DNA of 64,000 nucleotides, taken from an uncultured Actinomycetes bacterium. GTDB taxonomy: Bacteria; Actinomycetota; UBA4738; HRBIN12. The notes beneath the pieces are model-generated. The model searched no databases and was not told the DNA's origin. It worked only from the letters and a program-made list of their open reading frames with translations. A program made the position numbers and the translations under genes. The stretch spans positions 21,569-85,568 of the forward strand of contig CAWIFZ010000002.1 in the NCBI GenBank assembly GCA_963835415.1. Direction: 5' to 3'. Shown here one piece after another: positions 10,277-20,664 of this stretch (position 1 is the first letter of the stretch; each line of letters opens with the position of its first letter).

Positions 10277-11953
10277 TCATCCCGTCACCGCGCCGTGATC
10301 GGCGGATCCGACGAGCTTCGCGTACTTCGCCAGAGCGCCGCTCGTATACCGTGGCTCCGGTGCCTTCCACGCGGCACGGCGGGCGGCGAGCGTGGCGTCG
10401 TCCACCTGGACATCGAGCCTGCGCGCGTCCGCGTCGATCACGATCCGGTCACCGTCCTCGATCAACGCGATCGGCCCCCCGACGAACGCCTCCGGCGCGA
10501 TGTGGCCGACCGAGTACCCCTTGGTCGCTCCGCTGAAGCGCCCGTCCGTGATCAGCGCGACGTCCTTGCCCAGTCCGGCGCCCGCGACCGCCGCCGTGAC
10601 CGCGAGCATCTCCGGCATGCCGGGCGAGCCCTTCGGACCCTCGTAGCGGATCACGATGACGTCGCCGGCCGCGATGCTCCCCGCGGTCAACGCAGTGAAC
10701 GCGTCGTGCTCCGAGTCGAACGGCCGCGCCGTCCCCGTGAACACCATGCCCTCCGCACCGGCGATCTTCATGACCGCACCGTCGGGAGCGATCGAACCGC
10801 GGAGGATCGCGGTGCCGCCCGTCGGATGGATCGGCTCCGCGAACGGACGGATCACGGAGCCGTCCGGCGCGACCGGCGCCAGCTCCGCCAGGTTCTCGGC
10901 GATCGTCTTGCCGGTCACCGTGATCGCATCGCCGTGCAGGAGCCCCGCGTCGAGCAGCTCCTTCATCACGACGGGGACGCCGCCCACGCGATCCAGGTCC
11001 TGCATCACGAACTTCCCCGCGGGTCGGACGTCGACCAGATGCGGAACACGTCGCGAGATCGCGTCGAAGTCGTCGAGCTCGAGCGGCACGCGCGCCTCGC
11101 GCGCGATCGCGAGCAGATGCAGCACGGCGTTCGTCGAACCGGCGACCGCCATCACGACCGCGATCGCGTTCTCGAGCGCCTCCTTCGTGATGATGTCGCG
11201 AGGGCGCGGGCCGTCGTTCGCGAGCAACCATGCGGCCTGGCGCCCCGATTCTCGCGCGAACACCTCCCGGCGGTAGTCGACGGCTGGGGGCGAGGCCGCA
11301 CCCGGGAGCGACATGCCCATCGCCTCGGCCGCCGCGGCCATGGTGTTCGCCGTGTACATGCCGGCGCACGACCCGGTGGTGGGGCATGCGGCGCGCTCGA
11401 CCTGCAGCAACTCGTCGTCGCTCATGGTGCCGTTCCCGTGGGCGCCGACGGCCTCGAAGACGTCTTGGATCGTGATGTCGCGGTCTTGATACGTGCCCGC
11501 CAGGATCGTGCCGCCGTACAGGTAGACCGATGTCAGGTTCAGCCGCGCCATCGCCATCAACATCGCCGGCTCGCTCTTGTCGCAGCCGGCGATCCCCACC
11601 AGGCCGTCGAACCGCTCGGCATGCATCACGAGCTCCACCGAGTCGGCGATGACCTCGCGGCTGATCAGGGAAGCCTTCATGCCCTCGTGGCCCATCGCGA
11701 TACCGTCGGAGACCGCGATCGTGGTGAACTCGATCGGGACGGCGCCGCCCTGCCGAACGCCCTCTTTCGCGAGCGCCGCAAGCTTGTCCAGGTGGTAGTT
11801 GCACGGCGTCACCTCGTTCCAGGACGACGCCACGGCGATCTGCGACTTGCCGAAGTCCTCCTCCGAGAACCCCACGGCACGCAACATGGCACGGGCCGGC
11901 GCTCGTTGGGGACCTTCGGTGACCTCCCAGCTGCGAGGGCGGTCGTCTGCCAT
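10277..11953 (-). CDS. ilvD: Dihydroxy-acid dehydratase
   Basis: ATG at 11953 after CCAGGAGG ([11 protein letters not shown]...). ILVD/EDD motifs [23 protein letters not shown] and GRFSGATKG. Confidence 0.9.
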   Translation of the reverse strand: MADDRPRSWEVTEGPQRAPARAMLRAVGFSEEDFGKSQIAVASSWNEVTPCNYHLDKLAALAKEGVRQGGAVPIEFTTIAVSDGIAMGHEGMKASLISREVIADSVELVMHAERFDGLVGIAGCDKSEPAMLMAMARLNLTSVYLYGGTILAGTYQDRDITIQDVFEAVGAHGNGTMSDDELLQVERAACPTTGSCAGMYTANTMAAAAEAMGMSLPGAASPPAVDYRREVFARESGRQAAWLLANDGPRPRDIITKEALENAIAVVMAVAGSTNAVLHLLAIAREARVPLELDDFDAISRRVPHLVDVRPAGKFVMQDLDRVGGVPVVMKELLDAGLLHGDAITVTGKTIAENLAELAPVAPDGSVIRPFAEPIHPTGGTAILRGSIAPDGAVMKIAGAEGMVFTGTARPFDSEHDAFTALTAGSIAAGDVIVIRYEGPKGSPGMPEMLAVTAAVAGAGLGKDVALITDGRFSGATKGYSVGHIAPEAFVGGPIALIEDGDRIVIDADARRLDVQVDDATLAARRAAWKAPEPRYTSGALAKYAKLVGSADHGAVTG

Positions 11954-12204
11954 GTCGGGGGCCTCCTGGAGGAGCGGGTGAGGGGCACACACCGTACCAA
12001 CCGAGGCGAACAGTGGTCTGCGCGGACCGTCCGATATCCTCCGCCCTGGCCCCGTTCACAGCCGGAGCCGTCACCGGCCTCCTGAGGGAAGAGCAGAGAG
12101 GAAGAGAACCTGCACGCGTCCACCGCAACCCGCGTCGCGCTGGTGTTGCTCCTCGGCATGGTCGCCTCGATCGATCCCGCGACCGTCGCTCGAGCGTGGA
12201 AGCC

Positions 12205-13623
12205 ATGAGCGCTCCCGCGATCCCGGCGGACGCCGGTCGCAGCTGGTGGTTGCACGACGCGCTCGCCCTGGACGCAGGCGAGCCCGCCCCGTCGCTCGAC
12301 CGCGACACCGCCGCCGACGTCGTGATCCTGGGTGGCGGCTACACCGGGATGTGGACGGCGTGGTTCCTGAAGGAGGCGGAGCCGGACCTGGACATCGTCC
12401 TGCTCGAGCAGGACATCTGTGGGGGCGGCCCGAGCGGGCGCAACGGCGGATTCGTCAACAGCTGGTGGAGCGCGCTCGGCGAGCTGAGCCGACGATTCGG
12501 GGACGCGCAGGCGCTCGCGCTCTGCCGCGCGGGTGAGGAGAGCGTGGCCGGGATCGGGCGGTTCTGCCAGGAGCAGGAACTCGATGCCTGGTTCCGTCCG
12601 GACGGGGACCTCGGCGCCGCCAGCTCCGAGGTCCAGATCGGGTACTGGGCCGACAACGTGATGACGGCGGACCGGTTGGGCGTACCCGATCTCTTCCGAG
12701 TGGTTGATCGCGACGGCGTCCGCGAACTGATCGACACTCCCCGCCTGCACGGCGGCATCTACACCTCCATGGGCGCGACGGTGCAACCCGCCCGTCTCGC
12801 ACGCGGGATCCGTCGCGCGTTGCTCCAGCGCGGGGTGCGGATCTACGAGCAGTCGCCCGTCACGAGGTTCGGCGCGGGGACGCCGGCGGTGGCCGAGACG
12901 CCGGGTGGCACGGTCCGAGCCGGCGTGGCGATCGTCGCGCTGAACGCGTGGGCGGCTCACTGGAAGCGGTTCCGGCGGCTGCTCACCGTCCGTGGCAGCT
13001 ACATCGCGCTCACGGCGCCGGCCCCGGAGAAGCTCGAGGAGATCCGGTGGACCAACGGCATGGGCCTGTGGGACCACCGGGCGGCGCTCCACTACGTCCG
13101 CACCACGCCCGACGGCCGGATCGCGTTCGGCGTCGGAGGCATGCAGCCGGGGCTGGCACGCTCGATCGGGCCGCGATTCTCGTGGGACGAACGCGCGGTG
13201 CGCATCGCAGCCGAGGATCTGTACCGGATGTTCCCGTCGTTCGCCGACGTGCCCATCGAGGCGGCGTGGGGCGGACCGATCGACGTGGCCGGCCACCACC
13301 TGCCGTTCTTCGGCTCCCTCGAACGAGGGAACGTGCACTACGGACACGGCTACACAGGGAACGGGGTCGGGCCCTCCCACCTGGGGGGACAGATCCTCGC
13401 GACGATGGCACTCGGGAAGGACAGCGAGATCCTCCGTCTGCCGCTCGTGACCGAGCGACCGATGCGCTTCCCGCCGGAACCGATCCGTTCACCCGGCGCG
13501 TACGTCGCGAACCAGGCGATCTGGCGAAAGGATCAGCTCGAGGACCAGGGGGAGGAGCCGAGTCCCATCGTGGACTTCGTCGCGCACCTCCCGCGCCGGA
13601 TGGGATACAACCTGGGTCCATGA
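12205..13623 (+). CDS. FAD-dependent oxidoreductase (DadA/glycine-oxidase/PuuB-like)
   Basis: ATG at 12205. VVILGGGYTGMWTAWFL Rossmann motif. About 470 aa of DAO-family fold. Stop overlaps the next start (ATGA). Confidence 0.75.
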   Translation: MSAPAIPADAGRSWWLHDALALDAGEPAPSLDRDTAADVVILGGGYTGMWTAWFLKEAEPDLDIVLLEQDICGGGPSGRNGGFVNSWWSALGELSRRFGDAQALALCRAGEESVAGIGRFCQEQELDAWFRPDGDLGAASSEVQIGYWADNVMTADRLGVPDLFRVVDRDGVRELIDTPRLHGGIYTSMGATVQPARLARGIRRALLQRGVRIYEQSPVTRFGAGTPAVAETPGGTVRAGVAIVALNAWAAHWKRFRRLLTVRGSYIALTAPAPEKLEEIRWTNGMGLWDHRAALHYVRTTPDGRIAFGVGGMQPGLARSIGPRFSWDERAVRIAAEDLYRMFPSFADVPIEAAWGGPIDVAGHHLPFFGSLERGNVHYGHGYTGNGVGPSHLGGQILATMALGKDSEILRLPLVTERPMRFPPEPIRSPGAYVANQAIWRKDQLEDQGEEPSPIVDFVAHLPRRMGYNLGP

Positions 13624-14528
13624 CCCCCGACAGCGTCGTCGTGACGGAACATCTCACGAAGTCGTACGGGGCCACGCGCGGCATCGTCGACGTCTCCCTC
13701 ACGGTCGAGGCCGGCGAGGTGTTCGGGTTCCTCGGCCCCAACGGCGCCGGCAAGACGACGACGATCCGCACGCTCCTGGACTTCATCCGACCGACGTCGG
13801 GTCGCGCCACCGTCTTCGGCATGGAGTCGTCGACGTCGAGCGTCGAGATCCACCGCCGGGTGGGCTACCTCCCGGGCGAGTTCGTTCCGTACGAGCACCT
13901 GACGGGGCGGGAATACCTGGACTTCTTCGGAGCGCTCCGCGGGGGCGTCGACCGGGAGCTCGTGGACGCGCTGGCCGATCGGTTGCAGAGCGATCTGTCC
14001 GCGAAGGTCGCCTCGCTGTCGCACGGGAACAAGCAGAAGCTCGGCGTGATCCAGGCGTTCATGCACCGTCCGGCGTTGCTGATCCTCGACGAGCCGACGC
14101 AAGGACTGGATCCCATCATGCAGCAACGGTTCCACGAGCTCGTGTTGGAGGCACGCGCGGCGGGCCAGAGCGTCTTCCTCTCGTCGCACGACCTGCCCGA
14201 GGTGGAACGCGTCTGCGATCGCGTGGGGATCATCCGCGACGGCCGCCTGATCACGGTGGAAGACATCGGTTCGCTCAAGACACGCGCAGCGCGCGAGCTC
14301 GAGATCCGCTTCGCCTCACCGGTCCCGGCCGACGCGTTCACCGGCCTGCCCGGTGTTCGCGCCGTGGAGGTCCACGGCGACGTGATGCGCTGCACCGTCG
14401 TCGGAACGATGGATGGTGTCGTGAAGGCCGCGGCGCGTTTCGACGTCGTCGACCTCACGAGCCACGAGCCCACGTTGGAAGACATCTTCCTGACGTTCTA
14501 CGGGCCGGACGCGGAGGCGGCGACGTGA
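13620..14528 (+). CDS. ABC transporter ATP-binding protein
   Basis: Walker A GPNGAGKTT, signature LSHGNKQKL, Walker B LILDEPT. ATG overlaps the upstream stop by 1 nt. Confidence 0.85.
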   Translation: MTPDSVVVTEHLTKSYGATRGIVDVSLTVEAGEVFGFLGPNGAGKTTTIRTLLDFIRPTSGRATVFGMESSTSSVEIHRRVGYLPGEFVPYEHLTGREYLDFFGALRGGVDRELVDALADRLQSDLSAKVASLSHGNKQKLGVIQAFMHRPALLILDEPTQGLDPIMQQRFHELVLEARAAGQSVFLSSHDLPEVERVCDRVGIIRDGRLITVEDIGSLKTRAARELEIRFASPVPADAFTGLPGVRAVEVHGDVMRCTVVGTMDGVVKAAARFDVVDLTSHEPTLEDIFLTFYGPDAEAAT

Positions 14529-15316
14529 TCATCACGGCGAAGACCCTCCGAGACCAGCGCCGGGCCCTGATCGGGTGGTCGATCGGCGTGGCGGCACTCG
14601 TCCTGCTCTACGCGTCGTTCTATCCGAGCATCAAGGCCAACGCGGCGCAGCTGGACAAGTACTTCGAGTCCCTTCCCGAGGCGCTGCGGAACGCGATCGG
14701 CACCGGCACCATCTCCTCGCCGGTGGGCTACCTCCGCAGCGAGATCTTCAGCACCATGGGACCCCTGTTGCTCCTGATCCTCGCGATCGGGGCCGGCGCG
14801 CGGGCGATCGCCGGGGAGGAGGAGCGCAAGACGCTCGATCTGCTGCTCGCGAACCCCGTGACCCGCCGCACCGCCGTCCTGCAGAAGTTCTGGGCCATGG
14901 TGGGTGCGACGGCGGGTGTCGGTCTGGTGCTGGTGGCGGCGATCGCGGTCTTCGGTCCCGCGTTCGGGCTGCATGTCGCCCTGATCGACATCCTGGCCGC
15001 GTCCGTCTCGGCCGTCGCCCTCGCGGTGAGCTTCGGTGCGGTCGCGCTCGCGGTCGGCTGCTGGCGCGGGCGTCGTGGCGTCGCCATCGCGGTGGCCACG
15101 ACCCTGGCGGTCGCGAGCTACTTGCTGAACGTCCTGGCGCCCAGCGTCACGTCCATCGAGCGGCTCCAGGTCCTCTCGCCCTTCTACCACTACATCGACC
15201 ACGATCCGCTCCGAACGGGCTTCAGCCTGCCGCACCTCCTCGTGTTGATCGCGATCTCGGCCGTGGCACTGATCCTGGCGATCGTCGCGTTCGATCGACG
15301 CGACCTCGCGTCCTGA
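14525..15316 (+). CDS. ABC-2 family transporter permease
   Basis: Six hydrophobic segments. GTG start overlaps the ATPase stop. Convergent with the amidase. Confidence 0.7.
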   Translation: MIITAKTLRDQRRALIGWSIGVAALVLLYASFYPSIKANAAQLDKYFESLPEALRNAIGTGTISSPVGYLRSEIFSTMGPLLLLILAIGAGARAIAGEEERKTLDLLLANPVTRRTAVLQKFWAMVGATAGVGLVLVAAIAVFGPAFGLHVALIDILAASVSAVALAVSFGAVALAVGCWRGRRGVAIAVATTLAVASYLLNVLAPSVTSIERLQVLSPFYHYIDHDPLRTGFSLPHLLVLIAISAVALILAIVAFDRRDLAS

Positions 15317-15325
15317 ACGGCCGCG

Positions 15326-16708
15326 TCAGACCGCGAACGGCTCGTACCCCGGAGCGGCGAGCGGCCACGGGTTGGCGGCCTCCCACACCCCTCCCAGGTT
15401 CAGGACGAGGTCGTCGCGGAACCGTGGCCCGGTGATCTGGAGACCGAACGGGATGCCGTTCGGACAGATGCCCGCCGGCACGGTCAGGGACGGATGCCCG
15501 GTGATGTTCGTCTCGGCGGTGTTGTAGGCGTCGGCCTCCTCGCGTTGGTCGGGGCCGGAACCCGCCGGACCGAACCCCTCGACGGACATCGTGGGCGTGA
15601 GGAGCACCGTGTCGTCGCCGAGGAGGAGATCCAGGTCGCGGACGTGATCGAACCGCCGGCGCCTGGCGGCCATGTAGGTCTCCGGCGATGTCCCCAGCGC
15701 CATGCGCATCGGCGCCGCGAACGCAGGTGTGAAGCGGTCCATGTTCGCCTCGATGAATGGACGTCCGAGCCGGTGGAAGTGCTCGAACGCGGTGAGGGTG
15801 TACCAATCGTCACCCGTGGAGCCGTGCGTGAACACCGAGCCGGCCCCGAGCATCTCCACCGGGAGACCGAGGTCATGCTCCACCGACGCGATCGCCGCGT
15901 CGAACCGCTCCGAGACCCCGTCGGGGAGCGGATGGGCTCCCTCGAACCGGGGAACGGCGAGGACGCGCGTGGGGAGCCCGGTTCCCAAGAGGAGCGGGAA
16001 CGGCAGCGCCGAGGGGTCGCCCGGGACGGGTCCGGCCTCCAGCGACAGCAACAGGCGCACGTCGGCGATCGACGTCGCGAGCGGTCCGAACGTCGAGAGG
16101 TCGATCCAATCGGGGATGGGGTCGCGGCCGATCACGCCGTTCGTCGGCTTGAGCCCCGCCAATCCGCAGAACGCCGCGGGGATCCGGATCGAACCCCCAC
16201 CATCGGTGGCGGTCGCGATCGCCGCCATCCCCGATGCGAGCGCAGCCCCGGACCCCCCGCTCGACCCACCCGGCGACCAGTCCGTCCCCCATGGGTTCGT
16301 GGTGGTGCCGTACAACGCATTGGTCGTGAATCCCGCGAACGCGAACTCCGGCTGGTTCGTCTTGCCCACCACGATGGCGCCGGCCGCGCGCAGCCTGCGC
16401 GGCACCAGCCCGTCGGACGAGGCGGGTGCCGCGTCCGCGAACGTCAACGACCCGAACGTGGAGGGCATGCCCGTCACGGCCTCCATGTCCTTCACCAGCA
16501 GGGGAAGTCCGGCGAGCGGACCCGGGTCCTCGCCCGCGGCGATCCGTGCATCCATCGCTCGGGCGTCGTCCAACGCCTGTTCGCGCACGCGGATCACGGC
16601 GTTGAGCGGAGGGTTCAGGCGATCGATCCGGTCCAGGGACAGCTCGACCAGGCTGGACGACGACGTCCGGCCCGACCGGACCGCCGCAGCCAGGTCCGAC
16701 AGGTTCAT
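15326..16708 (-). CDS. Amidase (amidase-signature family)
   Basis: AS-family motif GGSSGGSGAALASGMAAIATATDGGGSIRIPAAFCG. ATG overlaps the stop of the upstream oxidoreductase (ATGA). Confidence 0.85.
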   Translation of the reverse strand: MNLSDLAAAVRSGRTSSSSLVELSLDRIDRLNPPLNAVIRVREQALDDARAMDARIAAGEDPGPLAGLPLLVKDMEAVTGMPSTFGSLTFADAAPASSDGLVPRRLRAAGAIVVGKTNQPEFAFAGFTTNALYGTTTNPWGTDWSPGGSSGGSGAALASGMAAIATATDGGGSIRIPAAFCGLAGLKPTNGVIGRDPIPDWIDLSTFGPLATSIADVRLLLSLEAGPVPGDPSALPFPLLLGTGLPTRVLAVPRFEGAHPLPDGVSERFDAAIASVEHDLGLPVEMLGAGSVFTHGSTGDDWYTLTAFEHFHRLGRPFIEANMDRFTPAFAAPMRMALGTSPETYMAARRRRFDHVRDLDLLLGDDTVLLTPTMSVEGFGPAGSGPDQREEADAYNTAETNITGHPSLTVPAGICPNGIPFGLQITGPRFRDDLVLNLGGVWEAANPWPLAAPGYEPFAV

Positions 16709-18330
16709 CGGCTCGTCACGATGTCGCGGATGCGGACGACGCCGCGGCCGCGCTTCAGGTCCTTCAGCACGACGGTCGAGGCGTTCCGACCGGGAACGCC
16801 CATCACGCCGCCGCCCGGATGCGTCCCGCCACCGCAGAGGTAGAGCCCCCCGACGGGCGTGCGATGGTCGCCGTAGAACGGGATGGGACGGAACGAGAAC
16901 ATCTGATCGGGTGTGAGCTCGCCCTGCATGATGTTGCCGCCGAGCAACCCGAACCGATCCTCAAGGTCCCGCGGCGTCAGCACCTCGATGTGCTCGATCG
17001 CACCGGGGAGGTTGGGCGCGTAGCGCGCGATGTCCGCGATGACGCGTTCCGCGTACGCCTCGCGCTCGGTCTCCCACGATCCCTCGCGGAGCTCGATGGG
17101 GCCGTACTGCGTGAACGCCATCATGATGTGTTTGCCCCCGGGGGCCAGCCCCGGCTCGTGCGCCGTCGGGAACATCACCTCGGCGTACGGATGCTCCGAG
17201 GCGCGACCGTACTTCGCGTCGTCGAACGCACGCTCCAGGTACTCCATGGACGGCGAGAGCGCCGTGAGCCCGCGATGCATGTCGCCGTCCTGGTCCCATG
17301 CCGGATACACGGGGAGCTCCGCCAGGCCGATGTTGATCTTCACCGAGCCCGAGCGAGAGCGATACCGACGGATATCGCGGACCACGTCGTCGGGGAGGTG
17401 TTCCTCGCCGACCAGGTCGAGGTACGTGGTCTTCGGATGGGCATTGGACACGACCGCCTTCGCCCGGATCAACGATCCGTCCTGCAGCTCGACGCCCACG
17501 GCACGGCCTTGGCTGTTGACCGCCACGCGCGCGACCGGCGCATCCGTCCGGATCGTCGCCCCGGCGGCCTCGGCCGCGCGGGCCATGGCCTGCGACACGC
17601 CGCCCATGCCGCCCTTCACCCAGCCCCACGCGCCGAAGTGGCCGTCGACCTCGCCGATCCAATGGTGCATCAAGACGTACGCCGAGCCCGGGGTCATCGG
17701 CCCGCACCACGCGCCGATGATCGCCTGCGTGGCAAGCGCTCCCTTGACCCGGTCGTCGTCGAACCATTCGTCGAGGAAGTCGGCGGCGCTCATCGTGAAC
17801 AGCCGGACGAGCTCGTGGATGTCGCGACCGGTCCAACCGCGGAACCGGCCGGCCGTCTTCGCCCACCGGGGAACCTCGGCCATCCGCATGTTCGGCGGCA
17901 CGACGAACAGCAGATCCTTCAGGAGCTTGGCGACCCGTTCGAAGTAGGCGTCGAACGCCACCCACGCCTCGGCGTCATGCGTGGACAACCGTCCGATGTT
18001 CTCCGTATCGCGCGCCATGTCGCCCCAGAGCGTGAGCGACGTCCCATCGGGGAACGGCACGAAGTAGTCCGGTGTGATGATCGAGACCTCGTAGCCGTGA
18101 CGCTTCAGCTCGAGCTCGTCCACGACGCGCTGCGGCATCAACGAGACGACGTACGACGCGCTGGAGATCTGGTAGCCGGGCCACGGCTGCTCCGTGACGG
18201 CCGCGCCGCCCAGGACGTCACGCCGTTCCAGCACCATGACGTCGAGCCCGGCACGCGCCAGGTACGCGGCACACGCGAGACCGTTGTGGCCCCCGCCGAC
18301 GATCACGACGTCGTGCTCGGCGAAACTCAT
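16705..18330 (-). CDS. Phytoene-desaturase-family (CrtI-like) NAD(P)/FAD-dependent oxidoreductase
   Basis: MSFAEHDVVIVGGGHNGLACAAYLARAG... and C-terminal GGGTHPGGGVMGVPG. ATG at 18330. The ORF-track extension to 19395 is run-on. Paralog of 24283..25899. Confidence 0.8.
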   Translation of the reverse strand: MSFAEHDVVIVGGGHNGLACAAYLARAGLDVMVLERRDVLGGAAVTEQPWPGYQISSASYVVSLMPQRVVDELELKRHGYEVSIITPDYFVPFPDGTSLTLWGDMARDTENIGRLSTHDAEAWVAFDAYFERVAKLLKDLLFVVPPNMRMAEVPRWAKTAGRFRGWTGRDIHELVRLFTMSAADFLDEWFDDDRVKGALATQAIIGAWCGPMTPGSAYVLMHHWIGEVDGHFGAWGWVKGGMGGVSQAMARAAEAAGATIRTDAPVARVAVNSQGRAVGVELQDGSLIRAKAVVSNAHPKTTYLDLVGEEHLPDDVVRDIRRYRSRSGSVKINIGLAELPVYPAWDQDGDMHRGLTALSPSMEYLERAFDDAKYGRASEHPYAEVMFPTAHEPGLAPGGKHIMMAFTQYGPIELREGSWETEREAYAERVIADIARYAPNLPGAIEHIEVLTPRDLEDRFGLLGGNIMQGELTPDQMFSFRPIPFYGDHRTPVGGLYLCGGGTHPGGGVMGVPGRNASTVVLKDLKRGRGVVRIRDIVTSR

Positions 18331-18366
18331 GGCGGGCGAGCTTACCGAGCGACGAACCGTTCGTGC

Positions 18367-19560
18367 ATGATGCCATCCATGGATCTCCGCCTGGACGCCG
18401 ACGACGCCGCGCTCCAACGCCGAGCCCGGACGTTCACCGACGACGTGCTGATCCCGCTCGAGGACGCGTGTGAGGAGCACGACGGCCTCACGCCGGAGGA
18501 AGCCGCCACCGCGAAACGGGCCGTGCTCGATGCCGGCTTCAACGCGATCAACCACGCCCCCGAGGACGGGGGTCAGGGTCTCGACACGTTCCAGCAGATG
18601 CTGGTCGAGGAGCAGTGGGGCCGTGCCACGGGTGCGCTCTGGGACATCCCGTGGCGACCGTCGATCCCGCTCGCTCGTGGCACGGAGACGCAGAAGGAGC
18701 GGTACCTCCGGCCGGCGGCGAGAGGCGAGCGACGGGATGCCTACGCGATCACCGAGGAGCACGCCGGCTCGGACCCGTCCATGGTCCGCACGGTGGCACG
18801 CCGCGACGGCGATGGCTGGGTGCTCGACGGCGAGAAGTGGCACGTGACGTCCGGCGACGTGGCGGACTTCTTCCTGGTGCACGCACACGCGGACGGCGAT
18901 CCGGCGAAGCCCACGGTCTTCCTGGTCGACAAGGACCTCCCCGGGGTCCGCCTCGTCAGAACCCCGAAGTACACCCACACGTTCGTGTTCGAGCACCCGA
19001 TCTTCGCGTTCGAAAGCGTGCGGCTGCCGGCGGACGCGGTGCTCGGCGAGGTGGGACAGGGGTACGAGCTCACGAAGGATTGGTTCGTCGAGGAGCGGCT
19101 GATGATCGGCGCTCGGACGATGGGCGCCTCGGCGCGGGCGCTCGAGCTGTCGCTCGCGTTCGCGGAAGGACGTGAGCAGTTCGGACGTCCGATCGTCGAG
19201 TTCCAAGCGGTCGAGTTCATGCTCGCGGACATGGCCGCCGAGATCATGGCCGCCACGTCGATGCTGTACCGGGTGTGCTGGATGGCGGCGCGCGGCGGCA
19301 TGACGCGCAAGGAGCTGCACGCGCAGGCGTCGGCGGTCAAGCTCGTTTGCAGCGAGACGGCCGGGCGCGTGATCGACAAGGCCGTCCAGATCCACGGCGG
19401 GCGCGGGTACATGCGCGAACAGCCGGTCGAACGGATGTGGCGTGAGCTCCGGGTCGACCGGATCTGGGAGGGCACATCGGAGATCCAGCGGGTCGTGATC
19501 GGCAACGAGCTGCGCAAGCGCGGCGCCGGCACCTACACGACGTGGCCGTCAGAGGGGTAG
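18367..19560 (+). CDS. Acyl-CoA dehydrogenase
   Basis: ACAD signatures (...YAITEEHAGSDP..., ...QIHGGRGYMRE..., WEGTSEIQR). Three closely spaced ATGs at 18367-18381. Divergent from the CrtI-like gene. Confidence 0.85.
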   Translation: MMPSMDLRLDADDAALQRRARTFTDDVLIPLEDACEEHDGLTPEEAATAKRAVLDAGFNAINHAPEDGGQGLDTFQQMLVEEQWGRATGALWDIPWRPSIPLARGTETQKERYLRPAARGERRDAYAITEEHAGSDPSMVRTVARRDGDGWVLDGEKWHVTSGDVADFFLVHAHADGDPAKPTVFLVDKDLPGVRLVRTPKYTHTFVFEHPIFAFESVRLPADAVLGEVGQGYELTKDWFVEERLMIGARTMGASARALELSLAFAEGREQFGRPIVEFQAVEFMLADMAAEIMAATSMLYRVCWMAARGGMTRKELHAQASAVKLVCSETAGRVIDKAVQIHGGRGYMREQPVERMWRELRVDRIWEGTSEIQRVVIGNELRKRGAGTYTTWPSEG

Positions 19561-19568
19561 GACGGTCC

Positions 19569-19934
19569 TCACGTCAACCCGTTCCGTAGGAACGGTCGCG
19601 TGAACACCTTGAACCACTGGAGCACGGGGTAGCTGAGGGCGATCACGCCCAGGACGATCGCGACGACCGAGCTCGCGCGGGGGCTCCCACCCACAGACAG
19701 CGCGATGGCCGACAGGACCGCGAAGGCACCGAAGATGGCGGCGAACAACACCAGGGCGTCGCCCAGGACGAGGCCCGGTCCGAGCTTGGACGCGACCGAT
19801 CGAACGAGCGCACCGGTGGGGTCGTACTGGTACGCCCACAAGATGATCGAGGCGCCGGCGCCCAACATCCCCACAGCGACCGCGAGGGCGCCGAGCGGAT
19901 TCCGCGTTCGGCCCGAGCTCTGATAGATACCCAT
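19569..19934 (-). CDS. Small integral membrane protein (3 TM helices), unknown function
   Basis: 121 aa with three hydrophobic helices. Begins 10 nt downstream of the lipoprotein ORF. The overlapping alternative frame 19643..19963 is less membrane-like. Confidence 0.45.
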   Translation of the reverse strand: MGIYQSSGRTRNPLGALAVAVGMLGAGASIILWAYQYDPTGALVRSVASKLGPGLVLGDALVLFAAIFGAFAVLSAIALSVGGSPRASSVVAIVLGVIALSYPVLQWFKVFTRPFLRNGLT

Positions 19935-19944
19935 CCTGCCGTCC

Positions 19945-20610
19945 CTAGGTGCCGGCTAGACACCCAAGGACTTCGTCAGGTAGCCCCGGAATCTTGAGCC
20001 CCGCTCCGCCGCGGACGAAATCGTACGGGGTGCCCGACCACCGTCCGGGAAGCCCCGGGTAGCTCTTCATCGCGGTGTGCGCACTGTCGAACTGGAACCC
20101 GACCCAGTCGGGCGACGCGAACCCTTCGGTGTCGTAGGGCGCGACAGCCGACAATCCACGGCCGAACGTCCTCGACTCGACCAGGAACCGACCTTGGAAG
20201 GTGATGTCGTCCTGTGCGTACAGCTTGATGTACCAGCGCTCGATCTCGAGCAGGTACCCCTTGTCCGACGGTGGGGACTCGGGGCCGATGAAGTGGCGCA
20301 TGTCGACGACGACGAGCGGCCCCTTCACGCCCGTCGTCCGCCGGATGATCCCGAGCGGCTCCGTGAACGGGGGTGTGCCGGCCTTCGGCGTATCCCATCC
20401 TTGATCGCACGTCCCGGTCGGAGGGCCGCTGGTCGGCGGCGGCACGATCGGGAGCGCGGGTGGGGTCGGTGACGCCGTGGGCGACCCGGGCGTCAACGGT
20501 GCGATCGGCGATGACGTGGACGGCGTGGAGACCGGCGGATCCCCACCGTCGCACGCCGCGAACAGCAGCACCGAGATGCCGACGCATATCGAGATGAGGG
20601 TCGTGCGCAA
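19945..20610 (-). CDS. Lipoprotein with Pro/Ser/Thr-rich linker and C-terminal globular domain, unknown function
   Basis: TTG start at 20610 gives MRTTLISICVGISVLLFAAC with lipobox LFAAC. A Pro-rich low-complexity stretch follows, then a conserved-looking domain (WYIKLYAQDDITFQGRFLVESRTFGRG...). Confidence 0.5.
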   Translation of the reverse strand: MRTTLISICVGISVLLFAACDGGDPPVSTPSTSSPIAPLTPGSPTASPTPPALPIVPPPTSGPPTGTCDQGWDTPKAGTPPFTEPLGIIRRTTGVKGPLVVVDMRHFIGPESPPSDKGYLLEIERWYIKLYAQDDITFQGRFLVESRTFGRGLSAVAPYDTEGFASPDWVGFQFDSAHTAMKSYPGLPGRWSGTPYDFVRGGAGLKIPGLPDEVLGCLAGT

Positions 20611-20664
20611 ACGGAACGCTCCGCCGGTCGGGGATGACCACGAGGATACCCATAGCCTGGATCC

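Noticed and set aside
9854-12308. Long ORFs 9854..12085 (+) and 10449..12308 (-) overlapping thrC/ilvD
   Set aside because: Out-of-frame or antisense to ThrC and IlvD, which have unambiguous family motifs and RBS-supported starts. Their translations are low-complexity.
19643-19963. Alternative 106-aa ORF overlapping the small membrane protein in another frame
   Set aside because: Less hydrophobic and Arg/Ser-rich, with no RBS. The 19569..19934 frame gives three clean TM helices.
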